From assembly GCF_048403405.1 (NCBI RefSeq), contig NZ_CP183129.1: a stretch of DNA of 64,000 nucleotides; one strand, 5' to 3'. This stretch comes from Escherichia coli (GTDB lineage: Bacteria > Pseudomonadota > Gammaproteobacteria > Enterobacterales > Enterobacteriaceae). Of the stretch, positions 1 to 8,054 are shown piece by piece. Under the pieces are notes generated by a model. That model made no database searches. It saw only the letters and a program-made list of their open reading frames with translations, and was not told the origin of the DNA. Numbering within the stretch: position 1 is the first letter of the stretch; the number at the start of each line of letters is the position of its first letter. A program made the position numbers and the translations under genes.

Positions 1-756
1 CAACCCGGTATACATCGCCACTTTTTCGGCAAACATCCGGTGCGCCGCATCAATCCGCTGCTGCATGTCCTGGCGAACCTCTGCCGGCAACGCTTCAAAC
101 TGATTGCCATCCACCTTGTGCGCCCCGGCATAAATCAGCGTGATATCCACACCGGCCTGCGCCAGATGACCGGCATAGCTGACATGGCTCATCATCACGC
201 CAATGGAGCCGATACGGGATGTCTGGGTAACCAGCCGTCGGGAGCAGGCCGACGCCAGCAGCATGGCTGCAGAACAGGCAGTGTCATTGCACAGTGCCCA
301 GACCGGCTTCTGCTGACGGAGGCGGTAAATCATGTCAGCGCAGTCAAACGCGCCGGCGGCCTGCCCGCCCGGACTGTCAATGTCCAGCAGTACGCCCCGC
401 ACCTGGCTATCCGCCATTGCCTGCTGAAGACAGGCGACAATGCCGTCATAGCCTGTCATTCCGGAAAATGGCCGCATACCGCCCAGCCGGTGCACCAGCG
501 TGCCGGTCACCGGCAGTACAGCAATACCGTTCACCACCCGGTAAACACGGGCCGGTCGTTTACCTCCGGCCATGTACTCGTCCGTTTCAGCCAGCATTCC
601 GGGAGCATCAAGCTGTACCTGTTGTTGTGGTACCGAAAGACTTGCTGCCCCTATCTCGCGCCCGAGCGCGCAAAAGAAAACCCGCGCATAGGCGGGCTCC
701 AGAAGCAGCGGTTCATTGAATGCTGCGGCAATAATGTGTGAAAGATTACGTCTCAC
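1..756 (-). CDS. Head maturation protease/scaffold, lambda gpC-like (S49/ClpP-type), N-terminal part; C-terminus beyond window start
   Basis: Not in the ORF track because it is open to the window edge. My minus-strand translation gives (GTG)RRNLSHIIAAAFNEPLLLEPAYARVFFCAL...GIAVLPVTGTLV...DSPGG...SIGVMM..., which parallels lambda gpC. The GTG at 756 overlaps the portal 3' end. Confidence 0.8.
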   Translation of the reverse strand, partial: MRRNLSHIIAAAFNEPLLLEPAYARVFFCALGREIGAASLSVPQQQVQLDAPGMLAETDEYMAGGKRPARVYRVVNGIAVLPVTGTLVHRLGGMRPFSGMTGYDGIVACLQQAMADSQVRGVLLDIDSPGGQAAGAFDCADMIYRLRQQKPVWALCNDTACSAAMLLASACSRRLVTQTSRIGSIGVMMSHVSYAGHLAQAGVDITLIYAGAHKVDGNQFEALPAEVRQDMQQRIDAAHRMFAEKVAMYTGL

Positions 757-2338
757 GTGGTGTTGTCTCCTCTTCCGGCCTGCGACTCTCCGCTATCTGC
801 TGCTGATACGCCTGCGCTATCCACACCGGACGTGAGAGTCCGGCTTTTTCCCGCTCTGCAGATTCCCTGACCTGCTGGCGGAAAATGTCCTGATAATCCT
901 CGCCCATCAGCGCCAGCTCTTTCTCATACGTGCTCAGTCCGGCCTCAATGCGCATCACTGATTCCTGAACCTCCTTGAGCCCGTCAATGGCCATTCTTCC
1001 GGCTCCAATCCACTCAGCCCGTGACCAGGCTGATCGCGCCTGATAAAAATCAAAACGTGCCCGTGGCGGACGAATAATCCCCCGAAGAAGTGCCTCTTCC
1101 AGCCAGCAGGAAAACATCTGCGTGGCCAGCCGGGACGCAATAAATTTTCGCCGCCCCATAAAATAGCGCCACGACTCATTGGCGGATGCGCGGGCACTTG
1201 AATAACTGACCTTCGAGTAATCACGGGACAACTGTTCGTAGGAAACGCCAAGACCGGCGGCGATATACCGCAGCAGCGCCTGTTCAAGCGCCGAAAATCC
1301 ATTGTCTGAATCCTGCGCGGTCTGAAGTTTCAGATCATCACCGGGGAAAAGGTGCGGAATTTTGACACCGCCCAGCGTCACGCTATTCGTGTCATACCAG
1401 GTGGAGAACTTATCCAGAATATTAATAAGCGGATTATCCTTCTGCCCCTGCGGCGCACCGGCGATATATTCAAAGGCCTTTTCGGTATCAAGGTCACTTT
1501 CAATCGTCGCTGCATACATCGCCTTCACTATGGCCGACTGAAGCTGTGTTGCCTGCAGGGAATCGAGCATCTTCAGCCGTTCCATAACGCTGTAAAACTG
1601 ATTGGCTCCACGGGTCTGCCCGTCCTCCACCGGCTCGAAAATATGCAGCATGGCCGGACGCCCGGTGGGAAGTTCACGCGGGATCCGTTCCCATCGTCCA
1701 CTCCCGGAGAACGGAAAATCATCCTCACAGATATGGTACGCGACGGCACGGCCATATCGATCGACCTCCACCCCGGCCCGCAGAAAACGGTTCCCGATAC
1801 CATGTCCTGGCGTGTCCACCCGTTTCGGACTCACGGCTTTAAAACGCGTACGAAACAGTTGCGTGCTCTCCGGATCCCAGACCGGCTGCACAAAGATTTC
1901 GCCGTTAAACGCATGAACGCCCACACCTTCACGAATAAATTCTGTAAACGTGCGTTTCCCTTCCACGTCGATCTCGCCAAACACCCCTTCTGCGTATTCT
2001 GACCAGGCCGCCTCCACCTCATCGACAAAACTTTTTGTCGCGGTCTCCCGCATCCCCAACCAGCGCCAGTTCGGGCGGTAGCTGATAAGAAACATATGCC
2101 CGACAATGTGATCCTTATGCAGGGCCACCGCATTGGCCGCTATCCCGTTATTGCGCACCAGATCATCTGCCCGGGCATTCCCCAGACGCAACGCGGGCAG
2201 CAGGGCCGCATCGGCACTCTGCGCCGGTGGCAACCACTCCGCCATTTGCCCGCCAAATCCTGCGCCGCCCCCGTTGTAGCTGAGGCTCTCCCGAAGCGGA
2301 ACGCCGTTCACATCAATCAGGACAGGCGTTCGTTTCAT
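746..2338 (-). CDS. Portal protein (lambda gpB-like)
   Basis: 530-aa ORF in the position and size of lambda B (533 aa), between W and the gpC-like gene. Confidence 0.9.
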   Translation of the reverse strand: MKRTPVLIDVNGVPLRESLSYNGGGAGFGGQMAEWLPPAQSADAALLPALRLGNARADDLVRNNGIAANAVALHKDHIVGHMFLISYRPNWRWLGMRETATKSFVDEVEAAWSEYAEGVFGEIDVEGKRTFTEFIREGVGVHAFNGEIFVQPVWDPESTQLFRTRFKAVSPKRVDTPGHGIGNRFLRAGVEVDRYGRAVAYHICEDDFPFSGSGRWERIPRELPTGRPAMLHIFEPVEDGQTRGANQFYSVMERLKMLDSLQATQLQSAIVKAMYAATIESDLDTEKAFEYIAGAPQGQKDNPLINILDKFSTWYDTNSVTLGGVKIPHLFPGDDLKLQTAQDSDNGFSALEQALLRYIAAGLGVSYEQLSRDYSKVSYSSARASANESWRYFMGRRKFIASRLATQMFSCWLEEALLRGIIRPPRARFDFYQARSAWSRAEWIGAGRMAIDGLKEVQESVMRIEAGLSTYEKELALMGEDYQDIFRQQVRESAEREKAGLSRPVWIAQAYQQQIAESRRPEEETTPRET

Positions 2339-2541
2339 AACCTCACTCCCAGCGGACGACGGCGACGGCGGGTTGTCCCCAGTACCAACTCAGCATCATT
2401 GATCGCACGGTTAAGCTCATCCAGAGAGGCCGCCGTATATTCAATTCTTCGTCCATCTTTCTGGACAGACACCACCCGTTTACCGGTTAATAAATCAAGG
2501 CGCGCCTGACGCAGCGCCTGCAGTTCAGCGACTGTAACCAT
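2335..2541 (-). CDS. Head-tail joining / head completion protein W
   Basis: 68 aa. The motif LTGKRVVSVQKDGRRIEYTAASL matches lambda gpW [22 protein letters not shown]. Confidence 0.85.
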   Translation of the reverse strand: MVTVAELQALRQARLDLLTGKRVVSVQKDGRRIEYTAASLDELNRAINDAELVLGTTRRRRRPLGVRL

Positions 2542-4453
2542 TCACTCCTCCGGACAGCTTCGCTGCCAGTTCTTTAAGGGTTGGCCGGGTCGTCTCTTCT
2601 TCCCGGGATTTTGCCAGTACAGCCAGATCAAGCTGCCAGCGTTGCACGGACACACGTAATGCCGCGTAGGCATACACCAGGCAGTCCAGCGCTTCGTTAC
2701 GCCGCTTTTTGTTATCCCACAGCAGACGCATCTTTCCTTTTTCCCACTTCTCCACAAGCTCTTCCGCGACCAGTTGCTGCGCCTCTGTCTGCGAAAAAAT
2801 CTCCGGATCATCAGGAAAACGGATGGCATACGACGTGGCTTCATCCGCAGGCGTGGGCTCGGCTTTCATACGGGCATAGAGAATTTCTTTTGCGGTGTCC
2901 GTCCCCACTTCACACAGATAAACGCCCCGCTGATTGCGGGTTTTCGGCATGGTGATCACCGGCTTGCCATAGACAGACGCGCCTTTTACCGGCAGCACAC
3001 GGAAAACACCGTGTTTTTTTGACCTCTGGTAGACGATTTCACCATCGATCCCCCCGGTGTCCCAGCAGACACGGGAAATGGTCATTTCGGTGCCATCCGC
3101 ATGGCGGTATTTTTTGTTGATCGCCGCATCCACACGTAACAGCGTCTCTTCCTCATCAGGACGCCCCATAATGATGATTTTATCCACCAGAAAAGCTTCC
3201 TCTCCCGGTGCCCATCCCCAGACATACATCTCAAAACGGTTTCGCTGCGAGTCAATGCCCGCCGTCAGATAAACCACCCGGGCAGGCACCGCCGCCGTGT
3301 AACGCACAACCTTATCCATCAGCACCTGGTGATCGAGTTTTTCGCCCACGGCCTCTTCCCAGGTCTCGCCCAGCGTGGTGTTCACAAAGGTTTTCAGGCC
3401 GTTGGGATCTTTCAGTGCATCCAGCCAGTCATAGACTATCTGTACCCAGGTGGTGAACGGACTGTACGCTGTCCAGATATGGAACGTGATGGAGCGCGGC
3501 GGCGGAATTTCATTATCCGCGGCGCTGAAAAACGTCAGACCGTCACGGGTCCACATCCCCGTGTTTTCACAGATCCACCGCCCGTTGCTCTGGTCAAGCT
3601 CAGACTGATGGATCACGCAGCCATGATGTTCACAGAGGTAGAAAACGCTTTCGGGGCTGTCCTTCTCCCATTTAAGGCCAAAAGGCGTGGATTCATCGCC
3701 AAATTTCAGATACTGCTCCTCCCCACAGTGTGGGCAGGGCACATAAAAACGCATGAAATGCGCCGACTCGTTGGCCGCTTTTTCGATCTGGCAGGTGCCT
3801 TTGATTTTAGGCGTCGAGCCGCGAATGGATTTGGGCCATACAGAGCCCTCAATACGTTTATCCCCAAGCAGGGTTGGCGAACCCTCTTTTTCGACATCCG
3901 GTTCGAACGAGGAAAGTTCGTCATAGCAGACCACGTCCACGGATTTTTCACGGTAGTTTTTGGCGGCAGCGCCGCCCAGGCACCAGAAACCCACACCCGA
4001 TGAAAAGCGTTTCAGCGTGAGGGTATTGTCACGATGTTTACGCCCCAGCCATGGAAAAAGGTCTTTCAGACATGGCACATCCCGAATCGTCGCCTCCACG
4101 TGAGACTTCATAAAATCTTCAGCGGCAGAATCCGTGGGCTGAAAAAGCAGACTGTTTCGGGATTTATGCTCAATAAAATACCCGACCACCCCCAGCAACA
4201 TCTTTGTATAGCCAACACGGGCAGATTTAATCAGATTAACAGTCCGGATCTGATCATTCCCCATGCTGTTCATGATGGCGATCTGGAACGGCAGCGTTTT
4301 CCATTCTCCCTCACCATATGAAGATTCTTTAGGCAGATAATAATTTTGATCAGCCCATTCAACTGGCGTCACCGGCAATGCCCTTATCAGGGGCTGTAAT
4401 GCTGTTGTGACAGCACTCATCATATTATTCAGTTGTTGCTCTGATATATTCAT
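2525..4453 (-). CDS. Terminase large subunit (lambda gpA-like)
   Basis: Alignable along its length to lambda gpA from MNISEQQ... (VEWADQNYYLPKESSY, KSARVGYTKMLLG, CPHCGEEQYLKFGD). I start at the internal Met at 4453, not the track start at 4510. Confidence 0.9.
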   Translation of the reverse strand: MNISEQQLNNMMSAVTTALQPLIRALPVTPVEWADQNYYLPKESSYGEGEWKTLPFQIAIMNSMGNDQIRTVNLIKSARVGYTKMLLGVVGYFIEHKSRNSLLFQPTDSAAEDFMKSHVEATIRDVPCLKDLFPWLGRKHRDNTLTLKRFSSGVGFWCLGGAAAKNYREKSVDVVCYDELSSFEPDVEKEGSPTLLGDKRIEGSVWPKSIRGSTPKIKGTCQIEKAANESAHFMRFYVPCPHCGEEQYLKFGDESTPFGLKWEKDSPESVFYLCEHHGCVIHQSELDQSNGRWICENTGMWTRDGLTFFSAADNEIPPPRSITFHIWTAYSPFTTWVQIVYDWLDALKDPNGLKTFVNTTLGETWEEAVGEKLDHQVLMDKVVRYTAAVPARVVYLTAGIDSQRNRFEMYVWGWAPGEEAFLVDKIIIMGRPDEEETLLRVDAAINKKYRHADGTEMTISRVCWDTGGIDGEIVYQRSKKHGVFRVLPVKGASVYGKPVITMPKTRNQRGVYLCEVGTDTAKEILYARMKAEPTPADEATSYAIRFPDDPEIFSQTEAQQLVAEELVEKWEKGKMRLLWDNKKRRNEALDCLVYAYAALRVSVQRWQLDLAVLAKSREEETTRPTLKELAAKLSGGVNGYSR

Positions 4454-4934
4454 CGAGTAAATCCGGTAATTTATCCCCCGCCCGCGCACACTGATTTGCC
4501 CCCTTCGCAATAAGGGTTTTCAGATGGTCAAGATGGCGCGGTGTTAAATCAGGAAACTGTCGCTGCATGGATAAAGGGATGGAATCAAGCGTACTGGATA
4601 ACGCCATTGCCAGCTTGCTGAGGGCAAAAATACAGAACCCGGTATCAATAAGTTTTCCTTTTGACACCTCATTTTTTAACTGCTGTGTAACAGCCTGTTC
4701 TGCTGTCAGTTCCCATCTGGCAATAAGCAATTTCTCCTCATAGTCGTCTTCGCTATCGCCATCAGGCACATCGTTTTTACTTCTTCTCAGATACGATATG
4801 TAAAAATCGCGCCAGGCATCCAGATCCAGTTGCCCTCGCTTATTCGATATCGGGGCACCCGGCAATTTCTGCAATCTGCGAAGCTGGCGATCGGTCAGAC
4901 TTAAATGCCTGGCAACTTCAGTCTGCGTAGCCAC
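4425..4934 (-). CDS. Terminase small subunit, Nu1 family, with a divergent N-terminal HTH
   Basis: The C-terminal half (FCIFALSKLA..LDSIPLSMQRQFPDLTPRHLDHLK..LPDLLDEYI) parallels lambda Nu1. The N-terminal HTH (MATQTEVARHLSLTDRQLRRLQK) does not. Sits directly downstream of cos. Confidence 0.75.
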   Translation of the reverse strand: MATQTEVARHLSLTDRQLRRLQKLPGAPISNKRGQLDLDAWRDFYISYLRRSKNDVPDGDSEDDYEEKLLIARWELTAEQAVTQQLKNEVSKGKLIDTGFCIFALSKLAMALSSTLDSIPLSMQRQFPDLTPRHLDHLKTLIAKGANQCARAGDKLPDLLDEYIRATTE

Positions 4935-4981
4935 TCCTCACCTCGCAAAAACTCTCACTTCACAATCACAACAAAACCGGT

Positions 4982-5080
4982 CATGTCCGGCTTACATGTC
5001 TATTTTTTGTGCATGTCCGGTTCACAGAAGACCTCTTTTTTTATTTTTCATATAGTTAACTTGAAGAGAAACCGGACATG
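4982..5080 (-). promoter_or_regulatory. Candidate cosB: three CATGTCCGG repeats (4982-4990, 5012-5020, inverted copy 5072-5080) flanking an A/T-rich tract
   Basis: A 9-bp motif occurs three times between cosN and the Nu1 start. One copy is inverted relative to the other two, as in the lambda R3-I1-R2-R1 layout. The sequences differ from the lambda R sites. Confidence 0.55.
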
Positions 5081-5117
5081 GTTCCCGGAAAATTTTCATA
5101 AATAGCGAAAACCCGCG

Positions 5118-5129
5118 AGGTCGCCGCCC
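5118..5129 (-). other. cosN 12-nt cohesive-end sequence (minus strand GGGCGGCGACCT)
   Basis: The minus strand of 5088-5139 reads ACAGGTTACG|GGGCGGCGACCT|CGCGGGTTTTCGCTATTTATGAAAATTTTCCGG, identical to the joined lambda right and left ends as I recall them. Confidence 0.85.
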
Positions 5130-5277
5130 CGTAACCTGTTGGATCGACGGAAAGGACCCGAAAACGAGAATAATTATCACTTACAGCAAGAATCGAATCT
5201 GATCTATTATGGTGCTTGCTATTATGTGCCGGCACAAGTGCGTCGTTTACCGTCATTTCACACAGAGGCATCATCAA

Positions 5278-5529
5278 ATGAAAATCAGAAATATTCTCGC
5301 TATCTCCCTTGCAACATCATCCTTCAGTTGCCTGGCATTTAAATCCTCGCCCAATGTGCTACCAGGACCAACGAATCAACTAACTGCGGTAGAAAGTAAA
5401 ATTATCGGACATTTTTATGCCCCACACAGTGCATTACCCGGAACAACCATCACAGGGACATGTGACGCCTCCCCCGTCCCGGGATGCACCTGTCCGTTTT
5501 GTACTATGCTGCGTAGCCAAAACCGATAA
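5278..5529 (+). CDS. Hypothetical secreted Cys-rich small protein (83 aa)
   Basis: Internal Met of track ORF 5209..5529. Has a Sec-type signal (MKIRNILAISLATSSFSCLA) and a mature part with 4 Cys (CDASPVPGCTCPFC). Reads opposite to the late operon. Confidence 0.5.
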   Translation: MKIRNILAISLATSSFSCLAFKSSPNVLPGPTNQLTAVESKIIGHFYAPHSALPGTTITGTCDASPVPGCTCPFCTMLRSQNR

Positions 5530-5590
5530 CATCCGCATTTACCTGGTATTACATGATGAGTTCACGCAGCGACTGATAGAGGAAGGAAAG

Positions 5591-5770
5591 ATGGTTAGTA
5601 AAAGCAAGGCGCATTGCCGCCGCATGCTGCAGGCATTGCAACAGACGAGAGCAGGTATTTTTGACCAGTTGGAAAACTGCCAGCATACTTTGCCCGAGTA
5701 TATCGCCATCTCATCGGAAACCAGTGCAACTCTTATTCATCGGGTTCCACCAGAGAAAAAGAAGAAATGA
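5591..5770 (+). CDS. Hypothetical 59-aa protein
   Basis: Internal Met of track ORF 5417..5770, preceded by GAGGAAGGAAAG. Followed by a hairpin at 5777-5801. Confidence 0.4.
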   Translation: MVSKSKAHCRRMLQALQQTRAGIFDQLENCQHTLPEYIAISSETSATLIHRVPPEKKKK

Positions 5771-5776
5771 ACAGTG

Positions 5777-5801
5777 AGGCGTTGTGTGGCATACAACGCC
5801 T
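5777..5801 (+). terminator. Stem-loop between convergent genes (AGGCGTTGT-7nt-ACAACGCCT)
   Basis: Perfect 9-bp stem. The U-tract is weak (TCTTCC). Confidence 0.45.
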
Positions 5802-5892
5802 TCTTCCATCATTCCTCGTCAGCCATGACAAAAATATAACCGCTGGCTCTTTCATTTTTCTCCTGCGTCCAGCCCCTCTCTACCTGGAAGCA

Positions 5893-6219
5893 TCAAGGAC
5901 GTGACGGCGTAAAGATAAATTGTCTCTTCACTCCCTGACAGGGGCGATTCTTTTCAAATCGCCATTTCGCCATGGCCTTCACCACTTCATCACGAAACAA
6001 ATTATGAGGCTCTGAGCGGAGAAAAACGATCCGTGTCACAGTCCCATCAGCACCAATATCGAACTTAACCTCAACCAGCCCCTTGATATAATTTGCTGCA
6101 GCATATTCCGGATATCGTGGATACACCGTCACTAATTGCCGGGGCTCATCAGCTTTTTGCTGCGAGCATCCCACTGCCAGGACAGATAACAGAAAAAGTA
6201 GTAAAAGGCGTCTTTTCAT
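5893..6219 (-). CDS. Lipoprotein consisting of a TonB C-terminal domain (108 aa)
   Basis: Signal plus lipobox MKRRLLLLFLLSVLAVGC. YPRYPEYAAANYIKGLVEVKFDIGADGTVTRIVFLRSEPHNLFRDEVVKAMAKWRFE aligns with E. coli TonB [56 protein letters not shown] AGGA. Confidence 0.75.
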   Translation of the reverse strand: MKRRLLLLFLLSVLAVGCSQQKADEPRQLVTVYPRYPEYAAANYIKGLVEVKFDIGADGTVTRIVFLRSEPHNLFRDEVVKAMAKWRFEKNRPCQGVKRQFIFTPSRP

Positions 6220-6529
6220 TTTTATTCCTACGGGTCTTATTCTGACAATATATCCTGTGTTCCAGACTGCCACATCACCACATCCTGTGCCATTATCTGA
6301 CTCACATTACATACATCGCATCGGGATACAGTAGTAGCACTTTCTGTAATACAGCTTCCTGTTTCTTCCACCATCGCACCGGGATAAACCCGCGAATCAT
6401 TAACGCGGTAAAAACCCGGTGTGCATCGTTTTTAATTATCCCCGCACACTCGCGCAGAGGAGTCTCCCTGTCGGGCTGCGGTCTCTGTTAATGAGGGAAT
6501 ATAGCGACGATACGGCGCATCAACAAAAC

Positions 6530-7003
6530 TTATTTCAGGCACTGAGTGCGGATATAGTCCTGTGCCCCTTCCAGTTGCTTGTGCATCGTCATCAGCCGCT
6601 CTCTGAGGGTGAAATAATCCCGTGTAACGGTGTCTGCCAGTTGGGGGCCGGTTGCATTATCCACGCCGGAGGTGGTGGGGGCTTCACGCACGGAGCCTGG
6701 ACAGGTGGCGTTGATCCGCAGGCGCTTACGACCAGCGGCAACGTCAGCGCGAAGAGTTTCATTTTCAGCTCTCGCATCGGCTAATTCCCTCGAGTATTTT
6801 GCATCGAGCGCAGCAACATCGCGCTGGCGCACCTGCATATCAGTAATGGTTGCGTTCGCCAGCTTCAGTTCACTGGCTTTGTTATCGCGCTGCGCTTTGT
6901 AGGTAATCGCGTTATCACGGTAATGGTCTGTTGCCATCCACAGCGCACCACAGGCCACCAGCAGAATAACGATAAACGCGGAAAGCATTCGGTTTATGTT
7001 CAC
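6530..7003 (-). CDS. Rz: i-spanin Rz
   Basis: [14 protein letters not shown]...[20 protein letters not shown]...[19 protein letters not shown] closely parallels lambda Rz. The GTG start overlaps the upstream stop (GTGA); an alternative ATG lies at 6988. Confidence 0.9.
   Translation of the reverse strand: MNINRMLSAFIVILLVACGALWMATDHYRDNAITYKAQRDNKASELKLANATITDMQVRQRDVAALDAKYSRELADARAENETLRADVAAGRKRLRINATCPGSVREAPTTSGVDNATGPQLADTVTRDYFTLRERLMTMHKQLEGAQDYIRTQCLK
6592..6777 (-). CDS. Rz1: o-spanin Rz1 (embedded in Rz, +1 frame)
   Basis: Lipobox LVVSAC and [30 protein letters not shown] match lambda Rz1. Confidence 0.85.
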   Translation of the reverse strand: MRELKMKLFALTLPLVVSACGSTPPVQAPCVKPPPPPAWIMQPAPNWQTPLHGIISPSESG

Positions 7004-7131
7004 CCCAGCAACCCCGACGAAGACAACATCATCCAGGCCATGGAAAGAAAAAGAGCAACCAGCATTAGTGAAAATGAAATGCCGACAATTACACAGAGGA
7101 TCTTCGCCAGCGTTATGAGTTTGTCTGACAT
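7000..7131 (-). CDS. 43-aa single-pass membrane peptide in the lysis cassette
   Basis: ATG at 7131 preceded by GGGAGG. Sequence [43 protein letters not shown]. Its stop overlaps the Rz GTG start. Confidence 0.45.
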   Translation of the reverse strand: MSDKLITLAKILCVIVGISFSLMLVALFLSMAWMMLSSSGLLG

Positions 7132-7145
7132 GCTTAATCCTCCCT

Positions 7146-7328
7146 TCACGATTTCAACGCAATGACCAGTTTTGCCAGCCCATACAGCATCGGGGACACA
7201 GCAACACCGACCGCCACCCACTTAATGGCAAAAGCCAGTGCTCTGCTGATGTCATCAGTTACAGGCGCTTTCAGTTCAAGGCCATTTTTCATAGTCAACC
7301 TCAACAGAATTCGTTTACACTTCGCCAT
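7146..7328 (-). CDS. 60-aa hypothetical protein with a hydrophobic/amphipathic C-terminus in the lysis cassette
   Basis: ATG at 7328 preceded by AAGGGAG. Sequence [60 protein letters not shown]. Confidence 0.45.
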   Translation of the reverse strand: MAKCKRILLRLTMKNGLELKAPVTDDISRALAFAIKWVAVGVAVSPMLYGLAKLVIALKS

Positions 7329-7484
7329 GTTCTCCCTTGCCTTACTCAAGGTCAGAAACACAAAACCTCGCTTGGTGCCAACAAACGGGGTTTTTACTTT
7401 TATTCACTTACGTTTCGCCAGTTCGCAGGATTTCGTGTTATCCGCCCGCGTGGCCATTCCTCATTTTTCAGCAAAATATTCTGC

Positions 7485-8018
7485 TTATCTGTCGATACCC
7501 CAGCACGCCAGCGCGCTCTCCTGGTCACGACGGGATACCTGACCGTAACAGTTGTTTGAACGAATACGGCAGTCTCTGCCACCGTCCTTAATCCACCAGC
7601 GAATCGCTTCGCAGGCACCTTTTCGATCACCAGCATTAATTCGTCTGTAAAACGTCGACGGGAAACACTTACCGGGATCAATGTTGTACGGACAGAATGA
7701 CGCGATCCCCGCTTTCTGGGGTTCGGTCAGCGGCACTCTGATGTTTTTCTCCACCCACGCCAGCGCTTTATCACGCTCAATGGCGTTAACCTGGTCGCAT
7801 TTTTCCTTCGACAACTTCATGCCCGGAACGACAGGTTTGCCATCCACCATGATGGCACCACGGCAGATGGTCCAGATACCTGCACCATCACGGTATGCCG
7901 TGGTGTGGTTGCCTTCCTTTTCATCCAGAAACTGGTCGAGAATGTCAGGCGCAGGCGCACCAGCGGCAATCAGCGCCAGAACGGCAGCCGACAGGCCGTA
8001 TTTGATTTTGGTGTTCAT
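7485..8018 (-). CDS. SAR endolysin (GH24 T4-lysozyme-type)
   Basis: Gly/Ala-rich N-terminal signal-anchor-release segment (YGLSAAVLALIAAGAPAP), then catalytic spacing E-x8-D-x5-T (EGNHTTAYRDGAGIWT). Resembles the phage 21 / Stx-phage R protein. Confidence 0.9.
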   Translation of the reverse strand: MNTKIKYGLSAAVLALIAAGAPAPDILDQFLDEKEGNHTTAYRDGAGIWTICRGAIMVDGKPVVPGMKLSKEKCDQVNAIERDKALAWVEKNIRVPLTEPQKAGIASFCPYNIDPGKCFPSTFYRRINAGDRKGACEAIRWWIKDGGRDCRIRSNNCYGQVSRRDQESALACWGIDR

Positions 8019-8054
8019 GGATATATTAAATATTCAGCCGCTGTCCCTGGCCCA

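Noticed and set aside
40-741. Plus-strand ORFs 40..741 (233 aa) and 294..719 (141 aa)
   Set aside because: They are antisense shadows of the gpC-like protease gene. The minus-strand frame aligns convincingly with lambda gpC, while the plus-strand products are Arg/Pro/Ala-rich low complexity.
6274-6529. Non-coding gap between Rz and the TonB-domain lipoprotein gene, checked for small ORFs and a promoter
   Set aside because: Only ORFs of 8 to 32 codons without SDs are present, and I found no promoter with acceptable -35/-10 spacing. I left it unannotated.
7362-7484. Possible terminator after the endolysin (TTGG-CA-CCAA and AAAACC...GGTTTT pairings)
   Set aside because: The stems are short or have very large loops, and the downstream genes appear translationally linked to the cassette. 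This is not convincing.
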